Origin: Carcharhinus amblyrhynchos
Taxonomy: Eukaryota
Reading direction: 5' to 3'
DNA: 64,000 nt
NCBI GenBank assembly: GCA_965287045.1
Contig: OZ336874.1
Coordinates: forward strand, 62,992,001-63,056,000
The notes under the pieces were generated by a model. That model was given only the letters and a program-made list of their open reading frames with translations. It did not search any database and was not told where the DNA came from. Positions 12,968 through 26,194 of the stretch are shown here, piece after piece. Both the position numbers and the translations under genes were made by a program. Numbering within the stretch: the first letter of the stretch is position 1; the number at the start of each line of letters is the position of its first letter.

Positions 12968-13730
12968 ATGTACAGGGTATATGGTAGGACTCTGAAGAGT
13001 GCAGTTGAACAAGGGGATCTGGGAATACAGGTACAGAATTCCCTAAAAGTGACATCAAAGGTGGATAGGGTTGTGAAGAGCACTTTTGGTACATTGGCCT
13101 TTATAAATCGGAGTATCGAGTATAAAAGTTGGTGTGTTATGGTAAGGTTGTACGTGGCATTGGTGAGGCCGAATTTAGAGTATTGTGTACAGTTTTGGGC
13201 ACCTAGTTACAGGAAGGATGTAAATAAGGTTGAAAGGGTGCAGAGAAGGTTCACAAGGATGTTGCCGGGACCTGAGAAGCTGAGTTACAGAGAGAGATTG
13301 AATAGCTGAGGACTTTATAACCTGGAGCGTAGAAGAATGAGGGGAGATTTGATAGAGGTGTATAAGATTTTGATGGGTATAGATAGAGTGAATGCAAACA
13401 GGCTTTTTCCACCGAGGCTAGAGGAGAAAAAAAAACAGAGGGCATGGGTTAAGGGTGAAAAGAGAGAAGTTTAAAGGGAATAATGGCAGGTGGGGGGGGG
13501 GCGGTCTTCTTCACACAGAGAGTGGTGGGAGTATGGAATGAGCTGCCGGATAAAGTGGTAAATGCGGGGTCACTTTTAACATTTAAGAAAAACTTGGACG
13601 GGTTCATGGATGAGAGGGGTGTGGAGGGATACAGTCCAAGTGCAGGTCAGTGGGACTAGGCAAAAAATGGTTTGGCACAGACGAGGGCCAAAAGGCCTGT
13701 TTCTGAGCTGTAATTTTCTATGGTTCTATG
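12968..13730 (+). mobile_element. CR1 (HER1-like) LINE, 5'-truncated, relatively well preserved
   Basis: ORF2 C-terminus DLGIQVQNSLK...LVRPNLEYCVQFWAPSYRKDVNKVERVQRRFTRMLPG; ends in a TTCTATGGTTCTATG repeat. Confidence 0.95.
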
Positions 13731-14019
13731 TAGCAAGCAGGTCCTGGATGTACTGCTCTCCAAAGTTATAAAATTCATTTTGTTCCGCATGGACAATTCA
13801 CAGCTACATAACAGGCCACTGCAATTTCACGAAGTGCAACAATTGCAAGCGTGTGGTCCCATGCATCTTTGTGATCAATATCCATATATACGATGTGAAC
13901 ATGAAAGATTACCACTTGCTCAGTTGCAGCTTCAGATCAGTAGCATTCACCAGCCAAGTGAACATTTGCTTCCTAGGATTTTCCTTAAAACTTTTATTTT
14001 AATAAACTTCACTATGAGG

Positions 14020-14272
14020 GGAGATGATGGCCTATTTGTATTGTCACTAGGCTGGTATTCCAGGGATCCAGGGCAAAGGTCGGGGGACCCTGGTTCGAGT
14101 CTCACCATGGTAGATGGTGTAATTTGAATTCAATAAAACATTAATGATGACCATGAAACCATTGTTATAAAAATCTGATTCAACAATGTCCTTAACTGGT
14201 CTGGCCTACATGTAACTCCAGATCTGCAACAATATGGTTGGCTCTTTAACACCTTGTGACATGGTCTAGCAA
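14020..14272 (+). mobile_element. tRNA-headed SINE-like sequence matching the 5' end of the 3.2-kb LINE family
   Basis: B-box-like GGTTCGAGTC; CTGGTCTGGCCTACATGTAACTCCAGA is shared with 3269-3300 and, reversed, with 21410-21445. Confidence 0.7.
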
Positions 14273-15226
14273 TGATTTGAAAAAAAGAATTGATGATACT
14301 TGTGTACTATCCAATCTACACAGCGTATAAGGAAGCCCAGTTAATAAAACTGTCATAGAACATGTTATATGTACACTGAGGGAGTACATCAGATATCTGG
14401 ATTAATCTGAGGGAATTAGGTAATGAAATGTGGAAAATTCTCAAGGAATGTGGTGGACTGTTGGTTACATGATGCTTTTGGAGTCTGTGGAGGAGGAAAG
14501 CTCAAATGGAAAGCAAGGGTTTCAGTAGGAAAGGTTTCAGAAAGGAAGGGTTTCAGTAGCTGCTTGAAGATACAAAGGATAACCCACTGCTGGTTGCAGT
14601 TTGCTATGGGAGATCTCACTTGGCTATCATATCTGCCAAGAGCATCAGTGGCCCAATCCATATATTCATCCTTCTTGCCACAAGAATGCCACCATCTCCA
14701 GAACCTTCCTTGTGCACTCATTCACAAGGCTACATTATGTGCTCTCTTCTCAAAGTCATTGCCAAACAATGTTTGCATGCAAGGCAAGTATAGCACGAAC
14801 TTAAACTCATCTATAACCAAACTATATGAATCTGCCTACTTCTCAATATTGTGCTTCCCCATGGTGCCAGTGCGTGGTTTTATGAACTCTTAAACCAAAC
14901 CTAGTAATTCTCCCAAGATGGAGTAGCAGAAGAGGATCAGCTTGTTGCATACCAACATATGGATTTCTTAGGATTTGAGACAGATCTGCTGTAGGATGCT
15001 TCTCCTGTGCTGATGCAGGGAAACTTGGCTTTGTATCCCTTTGTCACATGTACAGAATTGGAGCAGGGTAGAAGGAGTATCCAAATACGCTGCCATTATG
15101 TTGGAATAGGATGAGGTCTCTATTTTTGCAGTGCTATTAATGTTTGTATTGTTGGCCGATGATCTGCTGGAACCTTATGATAACAATGAGATCCTTTACA
15201 CCTGCTCTAATAGCGTGAGACATCTC

Positions 15227-15362
15227 GGGGCAAATAATCCTGTTCTGCCCACCACACGAATCGGATCAGGCGAGGAACGAACCATGGAAAAGTCTATTGA
15301 CCTCAGGTGGGATTTTCTGGTTTCGAGGCAAGTACAGCTAGAAAATCCTGGAAAATCAGGCC
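15227..15362. mobile_element. short Harbinger-type MITE
   Basis: Ends GGGGCAAAT...GAAAATCAGGCC; homologous to the 563 and 1648 copies. Confidence 0.65.
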
Positions 15363-16479
15363 TATATGCCATACATTGAGGGTAGTTTTCGACAATGTAT
15401 CATAAGAGGCTCTGTTGCAAACGTGCCTGGAGTTGTCACACATATGCTGTACGTACAGGTAGCACACTCTTACTTTCTGTAACAAATCATCCTACATTCT
15501 GTTTTCTCTACATGCGCTTTGTTCTCTGCAACTATCCTGGTATTAGAAACAAGATCCAAAAAATTTTTCAGTTGAAGAGCATTTGTCCAAACTCTTCAGT
15601 CAGCCATGTCTGCCTCCTAATGCTAACAGTCACTCCTAACTCTTTGCTCAAATATCTGATCACCCTCCACTGAAATACTCCTGAAATTTCCTTGACAAAT
15701 TTATCTTTGTTGGGATTTGAAAGTGAGTTCTGACTACATGTGAATTTTTAGTGGGTGAACAAATGCGAAGAGGTAGAAATATTTTCAGGTGAAAATTAAA
15801 GGCAAAACAAATGACCTGGGCATTGATCATAAGCAATTTAAGCATTTTAGCACAGCACAATGGAGTGTTAAAGTGTTGTTTAGGATGCTATCTTCGAAGG
15901 TCTGACTGGCTTATCTTGCCTTGTTTGACCCTGTAAAGGCATTAATCTTGTTCCAGCACTGAGTTGCAATGCATGGGGTGGCTGAGTTGGCAATGACTAC
16001 ATTGCTTACCACTGCTCCTTGAGCCATTATTGCTCTGTACAAAAAAAATGCCTCCTTCCTCTGCCTAGCTTTATGCCAAAAGAATTCTAAGCCTTCATCT
16101 GTGAGACTTGGCTCGGGGCCCTCCTTCAAACCTTCCAGACCTCACAGATATTCTTCAAGTGAGCAAACGTTATTCTGCAAAGGGAATGATTTTTTTGTGT
16201 TTATAGCCAGTCGAAACAGTTTCATGTTTTTAAAACCTGCAAACGCATGTGAGCTCTCACACCCCCAACATGCAAACTCTTAACGGCAGGAGCTCCTTAA
16301 TCTCAGATATTACATTAGTTAGGCTGACTCCAGAAGTGACAGTATGTGTCAGACTGCGGGTGGGTGTGAATTGTAACATTTTCTAGGGATTTCATGCAAG
16401 CAAAAATAAATCTAGGCTTCTATTTATCTACGTATCTAATGAATAATCTAGGGCCTCAACATCCGAAGAGTGGCAATCA

Positions 16480-16655
16480 TACTTTCCCATACTCTGCATG
16501 GGTTTCCTCGGGGTGCTCCGGTTCCTCCCACAGTCCAAAGACATGCAGGATTAGATGGACTGGCCATTCTAAATTGTTTCTTGGTGTCCAAAAATGTATC
16601 AGTTGGAGTTTAGGTGGATCAGCCATGGTAAATGGGCAGGATTATGGAGATAGAT
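16480..16655 (+). mobile_element. HE1-like SINE fragment
   Basis: GGGTTTCCTCGGGGTGCTCCGGTTCCTCCCACAGTCCAAAGAC core; cut off by the next element. Confidence 0.8.
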
Positions 16656-17490
16656 GGGTGGAATTCTCCCCCCAAAATTCTGAGTATCGAATTTGTGTGA
16701 AAACTGTTTTTTCTTTCCAGTGGGAGTTCAGAGAAGAATCTGTGCACTGCAGAGTGCACTAGCATGATTCACTCCAGAATTCAGTGGGTGAAGCCTGTTC
16801 CTGCTGGAGAGGCTGGCCACTGAGCATGTGCCGATCTGTCAGTGCTGAGATCGGCACTTATGCAGTGGCCCCTGTCTGCCGGCCTCCTGATTGCTGGCTA
16901 GCCTTCTAACCCCTGTATCACTGGCCATGTGACCCTCCCCCAAGCAGCCCAATCGTTGCCCCCACCCCCCTCCCATAAATGTCCAGGCCAGCTTCAACCA
17001 ACCTCTCTCCCCAGAGCCCTGGTTTCCTACCTGCCCCCCCCAGCCCGATCCAACCCCCACCCCCCTGCCCCGGCACTGTCAGTGTCGATCCCCCCTGCCC
17101 TGCAGTCCTGTCCCCTCCCCACTCCAGCAATCCCTGCAGCCCTCAACTACCAGCCGGCTGGTCAGTCTTGATCACTGGCCTTCCTCCCACCCCCACCAAC
17201 CCTCTCTGCAGAGAAGCAGCGGGACCTCCCAACTCCACTGATTGACCCTATTAGGCCCCACTACCCAAAAGGCCTCACCACACCCCCCAGGCACTGCCCC
17301 ATGTCCAGTGGGCAGTGCCAAGATGCCACCTGGGCATTGGTACTTTTCCCCTTGGCAAGGTGCCAATGACCAGGGGGCACCACCCTCCTGCCACCCAACC
17401 CTCTGGGGGGCTTCAATTGTCCCCCGTTCACTCCAGCAGGGTTGGGCCGCTAGCTCCCTGCTACAGTGAAACAATCTGGCGGGAGAGGGG
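16656..17490. mobile_element. GC-rich non-autonomous DNA transposon (Harbinger-like)
   Basis: Starts GGGTGGAATTCTCC; C-rich interior with GGGCAGTGCCAAG motif shared with the 26546 and 55441 elements; right TIR unclear. Confidence 0.6.
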
Positions 17491-17544
17491 GGTGGTGGGA
17501 AAAGGCTAGCAGGCAGGAATTCACTGAACAGTGAATAAGTTGAG

Positions 17545-17705
17545 GTTATATCATTGAAAGTTTTTAAGGCAATAATTTACAGATTTTTGAACAGTAAAGG
17601 AATTAAGAGTTATGGTGAGCTGACTGCACAAAAAAAATCAACCATGATCTTATTGAATGGTGGAGCAGGCTCAAAGGGCCAAATGGCCTACTCCTGCTCT
17701 GAGTT
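17545..17705 (+). mobile_element. CR1 3' fragment
   Basis: GAATGGTGGAGCAGGCTCAAAGGGCCAAATGGCCTACTCCTGCT. Confidence 0.75.
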
Positions 17706-20700
17706 CTTAAACCTCATTGGCTGTAAAAAAAGTCTTGAGATGTTTGGGGTCATAAAAGCACTATAAAAATGAAAGCATTTTCTCAAAATTTGCGTTTGGG
17801 AACAGCATCAAATAATGATGTGTGAAACTTGTATGTTCCAGCTTCAAAAACATAATTTTGATTCTATGGTTCATTTTTTAAAAAAAACTTAACTCCTTGT
17901 TATTACACATTGAAAACTTCCATTCATTGTTTTCAGTTTGCTAAAAATGGCTAGAACAAATTCATAGGTTAATCTCGACAATCTCTCATATGAATGTCCA
18001 GGAATCTAGCCGACTAAAGTAGTATCGTTCCATTGGAAACCCTGGATTTGCTACATTATGAATCACTCCAACATTATACTATTCCGTGATGACGTAATAA
18101 TTTTGTTCTGCTGAGCACCCACATCCTATGAATTCCTTTTAAAAACACTGCGATTTTCTCTCATTTTCTGCTTCAGGGGAAGCAAAGGGTCATTTCCCTG
18201 AAAGTTCTGCTACAGCAGAAAATTAACACAATTAACAGCACGTGGTATTCTGTTCCAAGTTACTGGATGTGCAGAGAATTCAAAGCTTTGCTTTAATGTG
18301 ATTTTTTGACCTCCTGGAGGTTTGTTTGCAGTCAAATACATCCTGAGCTGAAAATTCTGAAAAAAAAACCAAGTCTCGAGAATACAAACAAATTGAAACA
18401 AGCAATTCATTCATAAAATAGCAAATTTTCAGAGGATTTTTAAATACAGATATTTCTACTGTTACAAGTCTATCGTATGCCATGCAGGACAACAGTTTGA
18501 CCGCACCATTATCATCACTAAGTAGAGCATAAGTCTCTTTTATACTGAACTTCTAGAAGTCATCTACAGCAGTTCCAGTGCTCAGTGTAATTATTTATGT
18601 CAAGCTGCTGAAAAAGTCTGTGGTACTGACAGTGGCATCTGCTGCTTCCTCGTGGACCTGTTGCAGTTAACTGGTTACTGGTTTAATATGCAGAAAGAAG
18701 GCACATTTGTATTATACAGAGTGTTAGATTTACAAATAAATATTAACTCTACACATCTTCCAAAACCATGTTTTGAAGATATAACATAGTTTTATTGGAA
18801 GCAGAGGTTGCATGTTTCTAAAATCAGTTTGATATTATTAGTCTGTTTCCATCCAATAAACTCCTGCTTGATCATTTCCCTTGCCCTCTCAATCTCAACA
18901 TTAACTGCTGGTTTTCCAAAGTCCCAAATTTATAATGCTCCCCCTTGGCTTTAGCCTTGTCTCTTCCAATCCTGTAACCCTTCCAGCCATACAATTCAGC
19001 CCCCAAATCCCTTCATTCTTCTCACACCAACCACTTGTGTATCCCCCTCTTATCACTGGAGACTCTTCAGCCCTCTGGGTTCCACTGTGTGTAATGTACT
19101 TCCTAAAACACAAACTCTCAACCACTTTTCTTCCTCAGGCTCTCCTTAAAATTCAACCCACCCTCTTGGGCTCACATTCATTTTTTTTCCCCTCAAGCCT
19201 CTATGAAACAATTAGAATTTTTTTCCCCAATGTTAAAGGCACTATATAAATGCAAATTGACTTTTAGTTAACTTGTAGACCTATTAGCTGTAAGTCCAAC
19301 TAAGAGATAAATTCTGCACCAAATCCCACAGCAACACTGCAACACCTGGGGGGCGGGGGGGGGGGGGGGGGCGGCAAATTTTATGGGACCTGCAAATTGG
19401 GTAACTTAATTAGATGGGAATGGAAATTCCACTTTTCTGACAACAGGGATTTTGGTGGAGGTTGCCGAATAAGTTCATCTGTGCCCCTGGGGTCAAGGAT
19501 GGTAGGGCAATTCTTGGTAGGTTAGGAGCATGATCCTGGACCTTGTAGGTTTGAGGGGATTAGGGAGGGTGCACGATATTGGAGGCCTCAGAGTGTCATT
19601 CATTTAGAGGTGAGATTGCAGGCCTTGGATGGAGATTGGAAAATAGGGGTTTTCCTGGTAGATATGTTGGATTCAGCAAGTAAGTGAATCTGACAGTCCT
19701 TGTCATGCATTTAGCCAGGATTCCCTGCCAATCAACACTAATTTCAAAAGAAGAATAAGGCTTGCAGTCTCACTACAAGAGCTAACTTGTCTCTTTGGAG
19801 TGTGTTAGCCACCACATAGTTTCCCACCACCATTAAAACTGAAAACGGACACAAGTCAGGCTTCATGTTTTTAACACACCAATCTCTTACACAACTCAAG
19901 TTCCTCCACCACCACATTTTGGGGGTTAAAACATCCCATACACGTTGCAACAGCTCATTCAGTTCTCAAGACCAGCTGGGTCACCTGGTTCCAGCTCTTC
20001 CTTGTTCTATGTTGCTGTCTGGTCCTGGGTCTCATTTAGCCATCGAGATGTAGGGCTTCTGTTTTTAGAGTAAGGGTAATTGTGTGGGGTTCTTAGGTGT
20101 GGTTTATGATTCAGATGGACTCTGGAAATTGAATGATCTGGTTTGTTCGGTGGAAATAACATAAGGTTAACTAATATTTGCTTACTGAATAAGTATGAAG
20201 TCCAAAGTGTTGACTATATTATGCCTATTGTGAGGTAGAGAATATTACACATCGAGTGGGTGAGTATTTAATCATCAAATATAGTTTTAGCTAATAAGAA
20301 AAATCATTAAACAACGAAAATAGCATTAACATATGAAGCAAAATATACCCATTTTAGCCCCCAAAACAACCAATTTCAGAACAGCTGCTTTGGGTAGTGA
20401 AAACACCATTCATAACCTGGCAATCCTGATGATTTAAAGTCAGATTTTGTTTCATCTACTAACCTCTTACCACTTTTTACCCCAGGTAAATGCATTATGG
20501 CCCTCATAGATAACCTTCCCAAGCTCACGTTTGTATTTTGGTAACCCTCCAGGCCAGAACCTCACGCAAAGCTCAGCTCATAACTGTGCAAGTGAAACAA
20601 TGATATCTGATTGACATTCCCGTCCTGGCTGCAAGTTTCACACAGCACATGTGCAGTGGTGAAAACTTAATGTCGTTCTAATCTATTTCCTGCTTACTGA

Positions 20701-20984
20701 GATTCTAAGCTGTGATATTAATTGCATTTCTGTGTTCTGTTCATTCTGCAAGAACAAAGTGAGGTTTCTGAAAAAATAATAATTGCGGCATTGATCATCA
20801 ATTCTATTTTACATCAGATTGACATGACAAATTCAACCTCATCTGTTGTCCAGGAAACTCTATATATGAAACTTTGCTGAAATTTCTATTTGGGGTACAT
20901 TCCCTTTTAAGCTTTGCTTCACACATAAATAGGGCTTCTGCTAAAATTCAGAGAAACTCAGAACATGTTTAGCCCTTTGTTAGT

Positions 20985-21183
20985 ATTGTATTTGCTGCTT
21001 CGGAGAATAGGAAACAAACGAACAAGGGAGCAATGAGACTTTCATAAAGGAAGAATTTTCATACAAAATCATTACTAAGTCACTCTTGGTCACTTTTATC
21101 ATATCCTGTAAGTGGTTGAAAGAGGTTATAGAACATGCCACACAGAAATCAAGGAGTAAGTTACCTGTAAATGTCGCTGGCAT
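20985..21183 (-). repeat. left arm of a ~190-bp inverted duplication
   Basis: Reverse complement aligns with 21898-22085; the ORF track shows the same peptide DFCVACSITxFNHLQDMI on opposite strands. Confidence 0.95.
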
Positions 21184-21895
21184 GGGTAACAAATGCAGGC
21201 CTTACCAGCGACACCCTCACTCCCTGAAAGGATAATTTTCAAAAAAGGATTTTGCAGGGTCGACAATAATGTGTCATTGCCATTTCAAGTGCCTAGGTTG
21301 ATGTCAGGTGGTCTGTCCAGTTTCATTTCTTTATGACTTAGTGATTTGATTTAACCGAGTGGCTTGCTAGGCCATTTCAGAGGGAAGTTAAGAATCAATC
21401 ACATTGCTGTGGATCTGGAATCACATGTAGTCCAGATCAGGTGAGAACAGCTGATTTCTTTCCCCAAAACTACATGGATGAACCAGGTGAGTTTTTATCA
21501 CTGTTAGTAAGACTAATGAGTAAGTTTTACATCTGAGATTTATTAATGGAATTCAAAATTCTACCAGATGCCATGTGGGATTTGAACCTGTGTCCCAAGA
21601 ATATTAGTTTGAGCCTCTAGATTACCAAATCCTGTGACATAACACCCAACCACCATCTGGAGGCTTAAGCCACAATTGGGAGAGGTGTCCCAAAGACTAA
21701 TCAATAGCCTGACATAATCCTACATGTCTCCAGACAGCAGCATCACCATCATCCCTGGACATGTCCTGTCCCACTGACAATATAGGTTATCCAAAGGGTG
21801 GGTGGGACAATGGTGTACAAATCGAGAAGAAGTTGCCTTCAAGGTTGGCTCCAGAACACATTAAGTCTCATTGCATCAGGTCAAACATGGGCAGC
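21184..21895. mobile_element. rearranged copy of the 3.2-kb LINE family (3' tail +, 5' end -, continuation +)
   Basis: 21184-21245 matches the LINE tail; 21247-21655 is the reverse complement of the LINE 5' region; 21656-21895 matches 3468-3712. Confidence 0.75.
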
Positions 21896-21897
21896 CT

Positions 21898-22085
21898 TGC
21901 CAGCGATATTCACAGGTGACTTACTTCCTGATTTCTGTGTGGCATGTTCTATAACCTGCTTCAACCACTTACAGGATATGATAAATGTGACCAAGAATGA
22001 CTTAATGATTTTATATCAAAATTCTTCCTTTATGGAAGTCTCATCACTCCCTTGTTGGTTCTGTTTCCTGCAGTTGTAAGCAGAC
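21898..22085 (+). repeat. right arm of the inverted duplication
   Basis: Pairs with 20985-21183. Confidence 0.95.
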
Positions 22086-22108
22086 CTTTTTGGCTTCAGT
22101 TGTTTTCT

Positions 22109-22854
22109 CATTATGGCACTGGTTTATCACCAAGTCCTTTTATTGCTACTTAAGTGGCTTAACTGGGGTTGTATATGTTTACTGAAGGATTAGTTTTATG
22201 GCACTGTACTTTTCAGAGAAAAACTGGTTGGCAAGTCAGGTGACAGATCTTTCACATTCAGTTCTGAACTACAGGTTTGAGTTTTAGAAGGGGCATCAAG
22301 CTGAAAAGGTGTGTTTCTCTCTCTCCCTGGTTTTGGAAATTCTGTGGGTTAACTGAAAACGTTCCTGGAGTAGAAATTCTGCTGTTGCTGGTTTGATCAG
22401 GGTCCACCTGGGGTTCTGGGAAACTATTCTGGAAGTGTCAAGAGGATTAGTAGAGCTTACAACACTGAGAGTTTTCAATTTTCCAACCAAAGAACTCAAT
22501 TCCATTATCACATTGGACTTTGCTGTGTTAAACTGGTTTAAAGGATTTTGTTTATGAGATTGGTTTGATTGGAACATCTTAGATATATTCATTCAGGGTA
22601 ATACATCATGGTTATTCCTGCATTTGTAATTTGTTTTCATTTGCAATTGATAAAAGTTAGAGCTCATTTTCTTTCTATACGTGTTAACAATATTCTTAAA
22701 TAAACTATGTTTGATAAAAGCTCCCTAGTGGGTCATTTGACTCATACCCCAGGTGAAGCATATTATCCTTATCCTAGTCAAATTCAAGGTGCAAAACTTA
22801 TGATCCAAGCAAGCTCCACAAAACACTTTGGAGTTTCTGTTCTGAACCATAACA
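22109..22854 (+). mobile_element. probable solo LTR
   Basis: CATTATGG...CCATAACA termini (degenerate TGTTATGG/CCATAACA); AATAAA at about 22699. Confidence 0.5.
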
Positions 22855-25800
22855 ATAGGCTTACCAATGACTTACTGGCAGCCAATGCAGGGAAGATCCT
22901 GTCTGTGATTGGATGAGCAACTCAATAGCCAGATAAGTTCTAATTTTTGTGTGCAAGTAAGTACACAGTGGAGGAGCTGCAGCGGGGCTGGGGATAGAAG
23001 TGATCTGATTCGACTAGGCCAGACTGCAGGAGGCTGAAGATGTCTTCTACTATAATTTTCTCTGGGGAGTCGGCTTGGGTTACCCTCTATTTTTTGTTTT
23101 CCTATGGTGCAGGCACTGATGCTGGTTTCATATTTGTTTGTCTTTCTTAGAAAGCACCTAACCTCTCCTAACAGCCCAGCTCTCTATATGGAGAATTGCC
23201 AATGTGAACACTTCTCTTTGCACCCAGTAGTATTACACAGAGTATTGTTTTTAAATAAATTTTTACATAATTAGAATTTAGAAGTATCGTGTTGTGCTTT
23301 TGAGGTACAGCAGACGACACCACAAAAGGAAGTGTGCCATGCAATCCAGTTTTAGTTTCACTTTTGCATTTGAGCAGTGCGTAGCACAGACAGCTCTGCT
23401 GTTAATATCTTCAAGCTTTATACCCATGTTTATCTGTTCTCATGTGCTTAGTCTTAAAAGATTAACCCATTACATGTGTACTCAATCCATTATGAGTAAG
23501 TGGTGCCTTTACATCATACAAAATGACAATGACCCTTTCTTTCTACATTGTTCCTATTTAAGGAAACAATTACATTAGAGAAGCATTTTCACCTAGAGGC
23601 TGCTAGTTTGATTGAATGATTGTATACAAATAAATCCCACCATGAAAACATTGGTCATGAGTGTGCACTGGTGCAGGTACCACCTCATAATAATGTTTAG
23701 TACAGCAGTTGATTATACTGAGAGAAGTCAATCTCTTTGAATTTTCAAAAGGTAGCTTCTCATACCATGACTCCAATATGAAAAGCTCCACGGTTCCAGA
23801 TGTGTAGTCAGATAGAGTAACTCAATGGTAAATTAGCACAGGCACCAACTAGTTGCCTATTATAGATCCACAGGAGCAGACGATCTGCTTATCATCTGGG
23901 CTGTGAGTGCAATGTGCACAGAAGGTGGTCGTCAAATTAAAATGGGGGGAGTTGGTGGAGCAGATAGTTCCTACAATTACATCAGTACGTTTTTTGCATG
24001 GCATTTTCAGTGAATATTGACCAATTAAATTTATTGTTACTCACCTAAGTAAATGACACATAACTGCACTAATTTAACTTAAATTCAAAACTTGAATCAC
24101 CCAGTAGAAGTTTATAATTTTGAACTGCATCCATATTAATGCACTTAAAGATGCATGGAATGCACTTTTCCCTATGTAATTTGCTATATTTAACTTCAAA
24201 AAGTGCCAAATTTTAAACATTGCATACACAGAGATTCTGACCCCAGCTAGTCTCCCTCCCACTGTGATGGAGGGAGGTAATTTGTTACCCTAAATGGAAA
24301 AATAAATTAAAGGTCATTTCCTTCATCAGATAATAGTGTGTAGCCTGGAGAGATATATCCAAGATAAGGAAAAAATTTTGTAACGTGAAAATTTGAAGAA
24401 CTACACACTGAAACAATGGATTTCATTATATATCTGAAGAGATCTTAGGATTGACTTCAGGTGAGCTTGGAGAAGGGTCACTAACGTAAATTATATATTT
24501 ACAGTTAGTATTGACAATTAGCAGCTATTCCATACAGCTTTAAAATTTTAACCTACACTTAGTTTCCAAATAACATTAACTGAAAAATGAATGGGCTTGT
24601 CAGTTCAACTAGCTAAAATAAATTGTAAAGCTTCCTTATATTAAGTCTCAATTCTAAATGTTCCGCGATGTTTTTAAAATGCTGTAAAATCTGAGTGACT
24701 GGTGTAATAGTCACATCTCAGTGATATTGTAATGAAACTGTTAAAATATCTGAATAAAACACTGTTGCATTCTAGATGTTCATTGATCATGAAACAGAGT
24801 GCAACATACACATAGAACCTTTACAGTAAATATCTCAATTTGATACAAAACCCACTACATTTCTAAAATGTTTGACAACTCGGACAGAACATGTAGTTAT
24901 ATAGACTGTTGAGTCACTTGTCATATCCTTCTTTGAACATATTCTTCACTTTGATGCAGAAATCTTTTAGCCAAAGGTTACAGACTAATTAGGTCTTGCA
25001 AAACCGACTCTTAGAGTTGTGGACATATTGAACAACTTTCTCCGCATTGTTTCTCTGGTGAATACCCCCCTTCCCCTCCTCACCTAACCTATGGTGATTG
25101 CTTTCACTGGTCAAAGCTCTACAATATGGAATCCCTTCCTAACTCTCTTATTTAAAACACTATCTCAGAAACTTGAAATTACCTTTCATCATATTCTTAA
25201 ACTTGGTGTCTAATTGCGTCACTCGTTCAGGTACTGGCACTGTATTGTGGTTCAGAGGATTATCTGGAGTTGGGATCAGCAGTTAAGCCTCTGGGCATGA
25301 GTTAGCTGCACCCAGGCCAGAGGAAAAAGGATAACACGTGTCAGTTCAATGAGTGGTGACGTCAAAGAAAGAAGTTCTGCTACAGAGGACACAGATAGAT
25401 TGTTAGGCAACATTAAGAAAACACTAATGAGGATGCATTGACAAATGTACCAGACAGCCTCTGGTCACTGACAAGAAGCACTGAGGAATCTACCTCCATT
25501 TTTGGCAGGGGCATTGCGCTGAACTTGGAGCTTATCTTTTCCAGAGTGGTAGGTCAGCTACTGCTGCCATAGAGTTGGCTATCGATGATGGGGCATCTGG
25601 TGGCTGATGTCTTAGCATCCAATGCTGCAGAAGAGAAAACCACTCAATACCTGCTGCAAAAGAAGCTGAGATGAATGACATGTGACCCATGCTTGCTGTT
25701 ATGTAGGTTTAGACTGCTGCCATCATGCTGTGGACCTCATTGCTCAATGGAACACTCTTGTAGCAGTCAGCAATTCATCTTCCGAAATATTTAGTGGAAT

Positions 25801-26194
25801 TTCTGATGTGCCAATCCATGGAAGAGACATAGTGGAACACTCTCAGGCTATACTGCATTTGGCCTGTCACCACTGCCATTAACAAGACCAGTGTTGCCCA
25901 TACCAAATGGCACAGCCTGAAGCTGGACCCTCAAAGCACAGAGCTGCTTAAGGTAATCCTGCAAGTCTCTTCCATTGGAAGTCAACAACCTTACATTGGC
26001 CAGACAGCATCTGCACTCCAATTGCAAGGCCAAGATATCAGATCAGCCACTAGTACATCTTGCAGCTGATTTCCCTTTCAATGAAGGTGAAAATTGAGTA
26101 GAGTGCACAGGTGGCATCTAATCTGACACTGATTATTTTGCACTTTGCCAAAGTTGTCAGATTGATTTTATTTGGTAGCCTTCTTGCTTCTGTG

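Noticed and set aside
14423-14893. 156-aa ORF, and similar long ORFs at 10378-10854 and 46562-46918
   Set aside because: No recognisable domain or splice support; 10378-10854 is largely antisense to a probable LTR
16839-17509. Stacked Pro/Gly-rich ORFs (also 26760-27430)
   Set aside because: Artefact of stop-poor GC-rich non-autonomous elements
18280-18492. ORF with MAYDRL resembling the olfactory receptor MAYDRY motif
   Set aside because: No transmembrane segments or other OR motifs around it; likely chance
19348-19374. Poly-G tract as a functional G-quadruplex (also 13490-13503 and poly-C 9264-9279)
   Set aside because: Homopolymer runs inside repeats; no evidence of function and prone to sequencing error
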